Assembly: GCF_009914755.1 (NCBI RefSeq)
Contig: NC_060926.1
Strand: one strand, 5' to 3'
From: the human T2T-CHM13v2.0 reference genome, Homo sapiens
DNA: 64,000 bases
Part shown: piece after piece, positions 13,506-25,131 of the stretch
How the letters are laid out: every line of letters starts with the position of its first letter
Position numbering within the stretch: position 1 is the first letter of the stretch
Program-made: the position numbers and the translations under genes
Notes under the pieces: generated by a model
The model's database searches: none
Seen by the model: the letters and a program-made list of their open reading frames with translations, nothing else
Told to the model about the DNA's origin: nothing

Positions 13506-14914
13506 CTGCCTGTCAGTGCAGGCATCTCCGGGATTGAGGGTCATTGTGAACATTAAGTGCATGTGCACCCAGGGATGCTTGTAAATTGCTGGCTGGAAGC
13601 AGGTCTTATTACGTGGAAATTCTTGCTGCCTATGCTTTTGTTGTTGAACAGCAGCTGTGTTCTGGTCTTGTCAAGGGGTGGTGCAAGTCATGTTCAGGTT
13701 TGTGAAGCATGAACAAAGTCCAAAGACATTTTTCAGACCCTCGTACGTGCTGGGCAATGTGCAGGTAGACACCGGGCTGTGAGGCGCTTGAACCCAACAC
13801 CAAGAATCATGTCCTCATGGCTCTGCAGCGAGGTCCAGGAGATGCTTCATCTGCTGGGGCAGGTGGAGACTCCTGCCTGCTACCCAGTGAGCCATGGCCT
13901 GGTGGCTGCTATCTCACCTCCATGGGACAAGAGCTTGAGCTTGGTCAGCAACTACAGCAGTGCCAGCAGAGGCCGAGGGCCTGGCGGCTTCCGCTTAGGT
14001 GCCCAGTTGGGTGTTCAGCAGCCATGCCCAGGCTCTACATTGATCAGCAGAAATGGCTTTAATCAGAGAATTGGTCTTTGACATTTTGAGAGCACCTGGC
14101 TAATGGATTTGAGTACATTTTGATTACTTTAATAAAGCACCCTTGACAGAATGCATTTTAAGGGCAGAAGGAAGGAGGGAGGGCCCTTGCAATTATTCCA
14201 CCCCACTGCATAATTTATTTCGTATGCTATAGAGTCACCTCTGGTATTTGGAAGTCTTCTATTGTGCTTTTGGCAAGGGGAAAACAGGCAGAAAAGGGAG
14301 ACTTTTTTCTTATTGGGTTAAGTAGTCTTATCCACCTCATTAAAGGGGCCCACATTTATTATCAAAAACCCAAGACAGAGTCTCACTTCCCAAAGTTTAA
14401 CCATTTGTTAATATTTTATGAATGGATTCTTCCATTTATAAAACATTATAAATATGTTCCCTTCTTAACATTTTTATTAAAAAAAGAAAGAGGAGAAATG
14501 GCAGCAATATAGGATTAAGAAGTGTTTGGGGGAAGAAGGAGCCCTCAGGGAGGCATGGGAGGGTGTGAGCTGTCATGCAGACAGGGTTGTTTTGTGGTCT
14601 TATAAATGTGGATGAAAGCCCCGCCTTGTCTGTAACTTTGACAACTACAGAGTTTCTGTGTCTCAGTCTCTTATCTTTAGTGTGGAGACCAGTGTCTGGC
14701 TCTAGGGCTTGTGTGAGGTGAAGGGAGACCTGCTAGTGGAAGCCCTGCAGATGCTCCAGTGAGCGTGCAGTACTCGCTCAGTCCCTTCCCTCCCCCTTTC
14801 TGCCTCTGCCGAGCCACAGCTGCACAGCTGCAAGAGGCCTGGATGCTCTGGACCACACAGAGAGACATATTGTTCACATGGTGGTACCTAGAATCAATTA
14901 ATTGCCCAGCATGG

Positions 14915-15259
14915 GTGCATGTTCCATACATGTGCATGCATGCTCATGAGGACGCACACACACACACCTGCAAAGTTGTCCACACGCAACTTTAGTGTGT
15001 ATGGGGTGTATGAAGATGCACATGGGCACATGTCTGTGAGGATGCACAGACGCTCATGAGAATGCACACATGCACATGCCTGTGAGGATGCACATACACG
15101 CTCATGAGAATGCACACGTGCACATGCCATGAGGATGCACCCACATGCTCTTGAGAATGCACACACGAGCACATGCCTTTGAGGATACACATGCACAAGT
15201 GCCCCTGAGGATGTGCAAGTGCGCGTGTGTGCGCGCGCACACACACACACACACACACA
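14915..15259. repeat. CA-rich degenerate minisatellite (~46-50 bp) ending in a (GT/GC/CA)n tract
   Basis: TGAGGATGCAC/TGAGAATGCAC anchors at 15037, 15083, 15130 and (degenerate) 15180. Alternating purine-pyrimidine run at 15219-15259. Confidence 0.8.
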
Positions 15260-17322
15260 AGGATAAGGGGTGGTGCTGTAGATGCAGCTAAGGAGGGCCA
15301 GAGTACCCTGCAAACCAGGCCAGGAAGCATCCCCGAGGCAGCGAGCCCGTCCAGTGTGTGCACACCCTCGCTGCTGTGGGAGCTCTTTGCCATGGCCTCC
15401 AGACCCTCCGCTCGGCCTACTTTCCTGTGGGAGCTTTTGAGGAGGGGAAGCTCCACCACCGTCGGTCCCCCTGGGGGAAACCAGAGGCAGTACTGCAGAC
15501 CAAGGAGGGGACTCTCGCTGCCACCGGGTGAGTAGGGGGCTGAGGCAGCAGCTCTCTGCCCGTCTGAGGCTGTCCACCTTGGCAAGCATGGTCAGCTGCA
15601 AAGGCCCTGCAAAGCTCCGAGACAGCAGGTGTGACCCTAGGGACCATCCATGTGGATGGGCTGAGTGTCACTGTTCGGAGGGACACTTGGAATAAAATGA
15701 TCCTGGCACTTGGAGGGTCCACAGAAGGGTGTGTTCCAGGCTCAGTGTCTGGCTCCCAGGGGCCCTGGACTCTGGGCTTCCAGACTCAAAGAGAAAACCT
15801 GAGGCCTGAGTGTGCCAGGCACGTTCTTATCTGTCTGCAGGGCCCGTCTGAGAGGGTGGCAGTGCCAGCACTCCCTCTGGGATGTGACTGGGAGACACAC
15901 TCATCCCTGGCGTTCATTCATTCATTCTATAGGTATTTTCTGAAGACCCCTCCTTGCCAGCACTGTGTGATGGGCTAGGGGGCAAGGGAGTGTGGAGGGG
16001 ACAGGAGTCCCTCCATGTTCCTCCCCTTGGCCCCAGGCTGGCTGGGGCCACTGTGACCAAGAGAGATCAGTGGGCAGAAAGCCGGGCAGTACGGAGGACT
16101 TGGAGCATGGCGGGGGGAGTAAGATGGAGCTGATTGGCCCCACGCCCTGGTGCCACAGGGCTCTGCCCACCCTGCCCTGCCAGACTCACTCCTGACATGT
16201 CTCACTGAACTCAGTGGGTTCTGATGTTCCAACACCACTATCCTCTCACAGCAGCGAGGCTGAGGCCCAGGGAGCCGAGGGCCTTGTCTTGTGCCCATCC
16301 TGGAGCTGGTGTTGGGATAGGGTAATTCTCCCTCCACCTTAGGCATCAAATGTGAGGAAAGTGAAGATTTAAAATGCAAGAAATTAAAAAATCAAGACGT
16401 GGATTAAAAGGTGAGCTGTGGAGAGGGTGGCATGCCTGTGTCAGGGGCTTCTGGGCTGCTGGGAACATGGGGATTGCTGTGGGGGCGGAATGGCCCCTGG
16501 CTGTGAGCTCCGCATGTGGGCGTTGGCAGTCCTGGCTGCAGGTTCCAAAGTTCTATTGGTGTGAGTGTGTGAGTATGAGAGTGAGCACACACACCCCACT
16601 GTCCACACACCTGGCTCTGTACACACCACAGGTCCACTGCCACCACAGGCCCCTGCCCTCCTGGGTGGGCTGAGTGTGCCTGGGAACCGGGAGAAGTGGG
16701 TGAGTGTCCGCCTAACTCCAGGACCTGCCTCTGGCCTCAGAAGACAAGGCGGCAGGTGGGTGGGTGGGGTCAGGGTTCGAAGCCCAGCCTCCACAGGTAC
16801 TGCCTCCCCAGGTGCGCTCACCTCAGTCGGTTTCCGGAACAGGGAGAGGGACGTTGGCGGAAAGGAGGTCCCGGGACTGTTTTACATGTGTCGTCATGCA
16901 GGTGGAACTGCTAGGTTGCCATTCACAGACCGAGACACAGATGTAGACTGTACCCAATGCCTGCCCTGTGGCCGTCATGGCTAGCACGTTGCTGAGCTTC
17001 CCAGGCCCCACAGTGAGGAGCCAAAGCCCAGAAGAGCCAAGTGCCTGGCCTGCCACAGCGGAGGAGGCCCAGGGCTGGTTTGGTCTGCCTGGGACCTTGC
17101 TGCGGAGCCTGTCTGGGCTGAGGATGCAGCCACACAGCAGGGTTGGAAGCCAACCTGTCAGCAAGCTTTAGGAATGGGAGGTTGGGCAGCTTTTATTAAC
17201 TGGAATCACTGTGTCCAATTTTGGAAGAAAGAAAACAACCACCACCCATCATCTGCTTGTGTTGTCTCCCAGTGATCCTCACCGGGCTGACGCAGACAGC
17301 CCTGAGGCCTGAGCATCTCACG

Positions 17323-17494
17323 CAGACTGGCTGTACAGTCTGAGGGACCCAGGGCAAAATGAAAAAGCGGGGACCTTTGTTCAAGAACTTTCCAACTTCA
17401 AGATGGTGACAGCACAGCCTGGAACCACCTGTGGGCCCTTCTGAGCACACGGTCCTGGGTGACTGCATGGTCTCCCATTGTGACATCAGCCCTG
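17323..17494 (-). mobile_element. MER45A-like hAT DNA transposon
   Basis: 'CAGGGCAAAATGAAAAAGCGGGGACCTTTGTTCAAGAA...TTCAAGATGGTGACAGCA...GGGCCCTTCTGAGC' with CAG...CTG termini. Confidence 0.75.
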
Positions 17495-18516
17495 ACCTTC
17501 CCATTTCCTCTGTGTCTTCCTGCTTGTGACACGTGGTGCACAGAGCAGCTGGCCTGCACACCCCAGGGCCGGGCTACAGCGCCTGCCTTTGGCATGCAGC
17601 CGTCCGCCCATGTTCAGGCCCTTGTGGCTGGTCTAGCTCAACCTGTGGGTGAAACTTGGTGTGAGGATTTCAGAGACAGCCTTTCAGGAGGGCTCCTGAC
17701 CCCAGTGATTCTGGGGGACCAGGGGTAGTCCCCGGAGCCGGGGAGGGTGAGGGAACAGGAAAGGACTGCCCGCTAGGATGTACGTGGCTATTATGTTAAC
17801 CTCGCTGAGCCTCAGTGTCCTTGCCTGGGCCAGGCCACAGCCCCCTCTCTCAGGGTGGTTCAGACACCCGATGTCTGGACAGCCACATTCCCGCTTGTCC
17901 ACCGCCCAGCCCAGGGCTCTGCACACACGGTGGGCAGCAGGTACCCCTCTTCTCTCTCCCTGGATGAGAAATAGCTTGGATCAGATGTGACAGGAAAGTA
18001 GGTAGACTAAAATAAATCAAAAGGAACTTGGTTTTGAGGGTTTGGGGGACACTCAAGGCAGGATTATGGCTGCATCTCAGATCCAGCCCAGCAGGACCAT
18101 GATGGCCTCTTCCCTCACCCTTCTTTTTGTTCCTGCACAGGCTCCTTCCTGCTCTGGTCCTCACAAGAGACATGGCAGGCAGCACCTGAGAGTCACCCCT
18201 CACAGCCCAGGCACCCAGGGAGGCTGGCCCAGGTCCCAGGCCAGAGCCCAAGGAAGGCACCTGGGGCCCAGCTGGGGTGAGGGACGGAGGTCCCAGGGAG
18301 GGTGCTGGTGGATTCTCCAAAGGGAGGCCTCTTCTGCCCTGTCCATTCAGAGACACCAAATACATGCGTTGTTTTGGTCTGCATTCCAAATCTCTGTTTG
18401 AAGGACATTTGGAAACTCTGAAAAAGTATAAAGGGAAAGTAGAAATCATTCAGAGATAACCTCTGTTACATCCTGATGAATCTCCTTCCTTTCTTTGTAA
18501 ACAATCAGTCTCTCTC

Positions 18517-18807
<291 letters not shown>

Positions 18808-18830
18808 AAGAATCAGTCTTTTAAGACAAG

Positions 18831-19154
18831 TACAGTTTGGACCTCCTTATGCCTGGGTTCCGCATCTATGGATTCAACCAAACGCGGACAAAAAATATTA
18901 GGAAAGAGCAATGAAAATAACTATACAACAATAAAATAATACAAATAAAAATTCAATAGAACAACCATTTACATAGCAGTTCCATTGCATCTGGTATTAC
19001 AAGTAATCTAGACATGATTTAAAGTACTTGGAAGGATAGGTGTAGATTATATGGAAATACTATGCCATTTTGTATCAGAGACTTGGAAATCCCTGGATTT
19101 TGGTATCCTCGGGGGTCCCAGGTCCTATCCTTGTGGATACTGAGGGATGTCTGT
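18831..19154. mobile_element. MER2 (Tigger-derived) DNA transposon
   Basis: 'TACAGT...GGGTTCCGCATCTATGGATTCAACCAA...AAGTAATCTAGACATGATTTAAAGTA...GGATTTTGGTATCC...GGATACTGAGGGATGTCTGT'. Confidence 0.85.
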
Positions 19155-19299
19155 GGTGTTATTTCCCCAGCTGAGGAGAAAAGGAATTACCACATGCTGA
19201 AAGAAGGTGCCCAACCTAGCACGTCCTGAGCATAGGCCGTGCCATCCTCTGCCCACCCGCAGGAGGTGGCCAGCGTAGGGACCAGGAGTTCCTGCCAGT

Positions 19300-19420
19300 G
19301 TGGACCCCACTCCAGCACCAGCTATGAGCGCTTGGGCAGCTTATCTAACCTCTCTATGCCTCAGTTTCTTCACCTGAATGGGGGTATTAACAGTTCTTGC
19401 CTCCCAGAACTATGATTAGG
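19300..19420 (+). mobile_element. MIR core
   Basis: 'TTGGGCAGCTTATCTAACCTCTCTATGCCTCAGTTTCTTCACCTG'. Confidence 0.65.
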
Positions 19421-20124
19421 GCCAGGGAAGTTAGTACTGTACCTTCTTTGCTAGACTTGGGCCTGGATCATAGTGCATACTTACTTGGTGGATGGTGGCG
19501 ATTGTACGGTTGTGCCAGGTGCAGGTGTCCATCGGGGTCAGTGTCCCCTGGCTGCTGTTGAGGATGTGTGCACCGCTGCCCCTTCTCCAGGAATGCTGGA
19601 GCAAGCACTGCCATGCCTGGGAGGTTACGCCCCTGCCTCTGGAGCAGCACACACCCACCTGCTGTCTGCTGATCCCAGAGAACAGCTTCCCACCCAGGAG
19701 AGACCAACCGTTCAGAGCAGTCTGTGCTCCAGCCCAGAGTCTCCCAAGGCCTGGCGGGTGGTGACTGGCTTCACCTGAGCTCACACCTTGCTGGGCTCTT
19801 CCCTACCTGTGCTGCTTCTGCTCTGTCTCATGGTACTTCCTGAAAAGCTCACTGTCAATACACCTTGGGCCTGCAGATCTTAGCCCCGGGCTCTGCTTCT
19901 AGGGAATCCATCTAAGAGGGCTGTATTAATTTTCTATCACTGTTGTGACAAATTGTTGCCAACCTGAAACGAAACAGCACAGATTTACTCTCCCACCGTC
20001 CTGGGGCCAGAGGGCTGAAACAAGGCTCAGCGGACGCAAAGGAGTCGGCAGGGCTGGTTTCCTCCAGGGCTTGAGGGGAGCGTTCCTTGGCTTTCTCGGT
20101 TCCAGAGGCCACCCTCATTCCTAG

Positions 20125-20600
20125 GCTCTGGGTCTCGGGAGTCCCGGGTACACTTGGATGAAGAGAATGTGTGCTGGGGAGGCCTTTCTCAGCCCTGCGG
20201 GACACACGTCAGGCCCCATAGGCCCTTCCAAGGAATGGGGGCTGGGCCCTCTGGCGAGTGTAGCCAGGCTTTCCTGGTGAGTGTGCATGCCTTCAGGTGT
20301 GGAATGGCTTTCCTGGTGAGTGTGCACGCCCTCAGGTGTGGCCAGGCTTTCCTGGTGAGTGTGCATGCCCTCAGGTGTGGAATGGCTTTCCTGGTGAGTG
20401 TGCACGCTCTCAGGTGTGGCCAGGCTTTCCTGGTGAGTGTGCACGCCCTCAGGTGTGGCCAGGCTTTCCTGGTGAGTGTGCATGCCCTCAGGTGTGGCCA
20501 GGCTTTCCTGGTGAGTGTGCATGCCCTCAGGTGTGGCCAGGCTTTCCTGGTGAGTGTGCACGCCCTCAGGTGTGGAAAGCTGCTGGTTCTTGACAGCTCC
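20125..20600 (+). repeat. Diverged inserted copy of 22363-22568 carrying the VNTR
   Basis: Same start (GCTCTGGGTCTCGGGAGTCCCGGGT) and end (CTGCTGGTTCTTGACAGCTCC) as 22363-22568. Confidence 0.92.
20258..20576. repeat. 39-bp minisatellite, 8 units
   Basis: GGCTTTCCTGGTGAGTGTGCAYGCCCTCAGGTGTGG(CCA/AAT) starts at 20267, 20306, 20345, 20384, 20423, 20462, 20501 and 20540. Confidence 0.97.
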
Positions 20601-20999
20601 CTCCATCTTCAATGTAGATCCCTTCAACCTCTGCTTCTGTCCTGCATCTCCTCTGGCTCCTCTGTGCCCCTCTGATGAGGACCCTTATGATTATATTGGG
20701 TTATTTCCATAAGCCCAGTAATTCCGCCATCCAAGATCCTTGACTGTATCACACCTGCAGAGTCCCTTTCGCCATGGAAGGTGACATTCTTAGGTTCTGT
20801 GGTCCTAGTCTCAGATTAGGATGTGGATATCTTTGAGGTCATTCTGCAGACTCCTACCAAAGTTGCTGTGAAAATCCTGCTTCTCCCAGGCAGGCACAGC
20901 CAGATCTCTCTTCCCGAGCGGGGACAGCATGGGAGTCCAGGAGTGGCAGGGGCTGCCAGACCTGGGGCAGGAGTTCAGGTGGGATGGCTGGGGCTGCAC

Positions 21000-21500
21000 C
21001 CACCCTCTTCCTCCGCGACAGCAAATGCCAAGTCAGACCTGCCCCTCTTCTGCCCCAACCCTCCAGCAGCTCCCACTTCTCTTGGAACCCCAGGCCCAGG
21101 CTTGCACCTGCTTTGACCACATTGGCCCCTTGTTTTCTGAACATGCTGAGCCCGGGGCCTTTGCACTCATTGCTCCCTCTGCCCGGACAGCCTTCCCCAG
21201 ACACACTGTATACTCCTTTCCAGGATCAGCTCAAGTTTACATGGTCCAGGTCCTCCCTGGCCAGCCTCTCTGAACAAGCCTTCCCACCCCAGTCTTGAAC
21301 GCCTACTAACTGCTTTGTTTTTCTTCTTGACAGTTCATTGCAACTGACAAGTATTTATTTGGGTATTTGCTTTGCTTCTGTCTCATCCCAGGAGAATATA
21401 TGCTGCTGATGGCAGAAACTTTATACCTCCAGGGCCTAAAACAGTGCAAGTCTTGGTAAACATCAAATGCATGCCTGAATGAATGAATGAAGGAATGAAT
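21000..21500 (+). mobile_element. L2 3' end
   Basis: 'GGGCCTTTGCACTCATTGCTCCCTCTGCC' ending in a (GAAT)n tail at about 21477-21500. Confidence 0.65.
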
Positions 21501-21829
21501 GCCACAGACTTCTGGAAAAGCTCCTAAAACGTGAGGTCCAATATCAGCCAATTTGGATAAGAGGTTCTGGGCTGGAATTCCTGGTTCAGGTTGTTGGGCA
21601 ATCTCCCTCTTTGCCTCTCTCGAGCTCGCAGTTTGCTGGGCACGGTGCACGTGGCTGAGGCTCCTTCTGAAATTGACCGAAGTGTGCAGGAAGTGAGGGC
21701 TGTGGCCACCCACCCAGGGCGAGGGAATGGGCTTTTGAAACCCGGCCTCATCAGCACGTCTACTGCACCACTCCCTCCTCAGGCATACTGAGCTTGCTTA
21801 TGATGTTGGGACCCAAAGGGAAAAAGGCA

Positions 21830-22150
21830 GTCTGTAAATAAGCTCTCTCAGACTTAAAATTAAATTCTACATTTTCCTGAGCTCATGGGAATTGACACTG
21901 CCATTAGTCTGTAATTTGTTTCTCAAAATTCTTCTATTTTAAGAAATTAAGCAGGAGGAGCAGAGGGTGGAAAATGAGCGGGAGGGAGAGGGACTGGGGG
22001 AAATGAGGACACCCCAAAGCCAGACAGACTGGGGGGCGGGGATGCGCTGTGGGGGCGGGGGAGGTGAGAGACAGCCCGAAGCCTGCGCCTGCGTGTTCTG
22101 TTCCTTCTCCTCCCATGGTTGCCGCAGCGATTTCTCAGCTGAGAATACCT
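21830..22150. promoter_or_regulatory. Candidate composite regulatory element (AT-rich FOX/homeobox block plus GC boxes/G4)
   Basis: TGTAAATA at 21833, TGACA, CCATTA, two GGGGCGGGG boxes in 22031-22061, G4 motifs, and a 14-bp palindrome at 22132-22145. Confidence 0.4.
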
Positions 22151-22362
22151 TTGCCTGCCAGTCTGTGTGGAGGCCTGGCAAAGCCCGGGCACTTACAGCG
22201 GCACTGGGGAGAGGACTTTTCTCAGCCAGGCATGGAGTCTCAGGTCACTCTGGCACGCCCCGGTGGTGCAGAGCAGTCATCCCTGGCCCCGAGGGCACCA
22301 AGTCCAGGAGCTTGGCACAGCTCAGCCCTTTCCACTCAGAGCCCTGCCTAAAAACAAGCAGT

Positions 22363-22568
22363 GCTCTGGGTCTCGGGAGTCCCGGGTGCACTCGGGTGCA
22401 TGGGAATGCGTGCTGGGGAGGCCTTTCCCAGCCCAGCAGGGGGCACGTCCTGTCTCACAGGCCCTCCCAAGGAACGGTGGGGCGGGGCCCTCGGGCGAGT
22501 GTGGCCAGGCTTTCCTGGTGAGTGTGCACACCCTCAGGTGTGGAAAACTGCTGGTTCTTGACAGCTCC
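22363..22568 (+). repeat. Donor segment of the local duplication (single 39-bp unit)
   Basis: Homologous to 20125-20600 and contains one unit bounded by GTGTGG at both ends. Confidence 0.92.
22433..22446 (+). promoter_or_regulatory. CTCF core motif match
   Basis: CCAGCAGGGGGCAC fits the CCASYAGRKGGCRS consensus. Confidence 0.5.
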
Positions 22569-22689
22569 TATATTCTGCACTGGAAACAGACCTGCTAATC
22601 CCAGTTAATCTTATTTCCACGAATAAGGATGATAAGGGGCAGTTGGAGCTGGTGCCTGCTTATGAATTGACAATACATTCCCGACTGAT

Positions 22690-23120
22690 GGAGGAGGCAA
22701 GGAATGAGCCCTGAGTGTTATATTTGGGCAAATGGCTGTCTCGCGGGAGATCAGCCAGTGCAAAGGCCCTGAGGCTTGTCTGAGGAGCGGTGAGGAAGCC
22801 AGAATGAAGTCCCGGGGAGGGAGCAGGAGAAGTACAGGCCTTATAGGCAGCCTGGGGACTTGGGCCTTACTCTGAGAGAGATGGCAACTCCCGTGTGTAG
22901 ATCCAGCAGGGTGCTGGTCTGGCCTGCCTTATAGAATGATCACTCTGGCCATTGTGGTGCGGGAGATGCTCTGTGTGGAGGGTGGAAGCATGGAAATGCG
23001 TTCGGAGGCGGAAGATGAGGGCGGGTGTGGACCAGCTGGCAGCAGGACAGTGCTGAAGAAGGGGTTGGATCTGGGTATATGGTATTGGAAGGGCAGAGCC
23101 CCCAGCTTTGCTGATGGAGG
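22690..23120 (-). mobile_element. L2 fragment
   Basis: 'CAGCCAGTGCAAAGGCCCTGAGG...GAATGATCACTCTGGC...GGATCTGGGTATAT...TTTGCTGATGGA'. Confidence 0.6.
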
Positions 23121-23550
23121 AATGAGTGTGGACCACAGAGCTTCCGTGGAGGCAGGAGGTGGCAGAGCGCTGCGAGGCGGCTGTTCCAGGGCATGGGGGT
23201 AGTAGTGGCAATGCAAGTCCTGCCTGCCCCAGTTGCCAAGAGTGAGTGGGGAGACAGGAGGGTATGCCTGCTGCTGGGAGACCATGCCAAGCCGCCCTGT
23301 TTTCAGTTCTCATGTCTAGGTTGACAGAGCCACCTGGGAGCTTGAAGCCTCACCTGTTGAGGATTTAGGAGCTCAGAGCTCTAAGACCTGCTCTCCTTGT
23401 TGCTGTTCTCAGTTCCTCCATCTGGCCCCTTGCAGTCTCAGACCAAGTCCCGGAGCCTTCCTGGTCACTCTTTTGCGGTAAGCAGGTTGCTCAGGCTGGA
23501 CTCAGGGGCGCTGAGGACACTGGCTCTCCCCTGCACCTCCTCGGCTTGAC

Positions 23551-23631
23551 CTGTCTGCACCCAGGCCTAGATCTGTCTGCACCCAGGCCTAGATCTGTCT
23601 GCACCCAGGCCTAGATCTGTCTGCACCCAGG
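23551..23631. repeat. 22-bp minisatellite, 3.7 perfect units
   Basis: CTGTCTGCACCCAGGCCTAGAT at 23551, 23573 and 23595, with a partial copy at 23617. Confidence 0.95.
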
Positions 23632-23857
23632 GCTAAAGCTCCTGTGATGTTGGTGCACAGGTCCATTCGTAAGTTGAGAACAAATGCGTGGCCTTTGCCT
23701 CCCCTGGACACTTCCAGTTCTATGCTGGGATGGTTCTCCCTTCTCTGTGGCCCCCACTGGGCCCTCTGCAGGTCAGTGGCAGGAGAGCTCGGGTGCTAGG
23801 CAGGCAGAGCCCCCTTTCACTCTGATAATTGCTCAGATCACACCACACTCTTCTTGA

Positions 23858-24203
<346 letters not shown>

Positions 24204-25131
24204 TGCTTCTGGTGCTGTTTAATTGTTATTGTTACATTATCCCTGCTTACTTTTTGTGTTCTGTCTTTGTTACATCCCCCAAGATTTTTCAAGATCTCTG
24301 TAGCTTTTCTAGGGACTCTCTAAAAGCCCCCGCATTATCTGAAAGTTCTCTACATCCTCTAAAAACTCTGCCTCTGTCCTCTGTCCCTTTCTGGGGCCTG
24401 TCCTTGGACCATAGCTGCCCTCCTAGAACCACCATTACCTGTCTCTGGGATTGGAGCCACCGTTACCTCATCCCATGTCTTGTTTCCTGATTTTCCCCCT
24501 CACTTTGCTGGAATCTATTAACAACTGCTTTCTAAGGAAGGGAGGCTTAGGGTTACTGTTTTCATCCTGCGTTTCTAAAAAAGGGTTCGTTGTGCCCTCA
24601 CATTTTCTTCCAGCTGCCCTGGTGAGGCAATGTAGAGCCACAGAAACACTCCTGCCCAGAACCTCGCGGTGTCCTGTGTCACCTCCCAGGATCCGGGTGG
24701 CCGATGTCTGGCCGTGCTGCTTGTATCTTTATGAGGGATGGGTTCTTTGTCCAAAAGAATTATTTTTTCCTTCAACTCCAGCAACTTTTCCTGTGTTGCT
24801 TTTTGGATAAATGTTCCTGCTTCCGTTTTGTTCGATCTTTGCTTTTGAAACTTTTATTGGTCAGTTGTTGGAGTTTCTAGATGGTTCCCCTGTAGGGTTT
24901 ATCATTATTTCACTAATGGTCCCGTCTATATTCTGAGATATTTTCTTGTTTTTAATCTTCCTATCTCTCTATTAAGCTGGTTGTTTTGGCATTGGGCATT
25001 AAGTTTGCAAGAGGATTTTCTTATTCTCTGATATTTTGTTTTTTATGACAGCCTGTTTTGGAGGCCTTCCTTCTTTTCTTAAGTCTCCCTAGAATACCAA
25101 CTGGACATTTCTCTCTCTCTTTTAAGAGTGA

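Larger units (their letters stand above)
19921..20859 (-). mobile_element. MLT1C/D MaLR solo LTR, interrupted at 20125-20600
   Basis: Left part 'TGTATTAATTTTCTAT...GCAGGGCTGGTTTCCTCC...CCCTCATTCCTAGGCTC' resumes as 'CCTCCATCTTCAA...GAGGACCCTTATGATTATATTGGG...ATTAGGATGTGGATATCTTTG...CCTACCA'. Confidence 0.8.

Noticed and set aside
20258-20576. CRISPR-like array
   Set aside because: The units are head-to-tail with no unique spacers, there are no cas genes, and the context is primate. It is a minisatellite.
20121-20675. Repetitive ORFs (168, 173 and 98 aa) across the VNTR
   Set aside because: They are open only because the 39-bp unit is a multiple of 3 and lacks stops in those frames.
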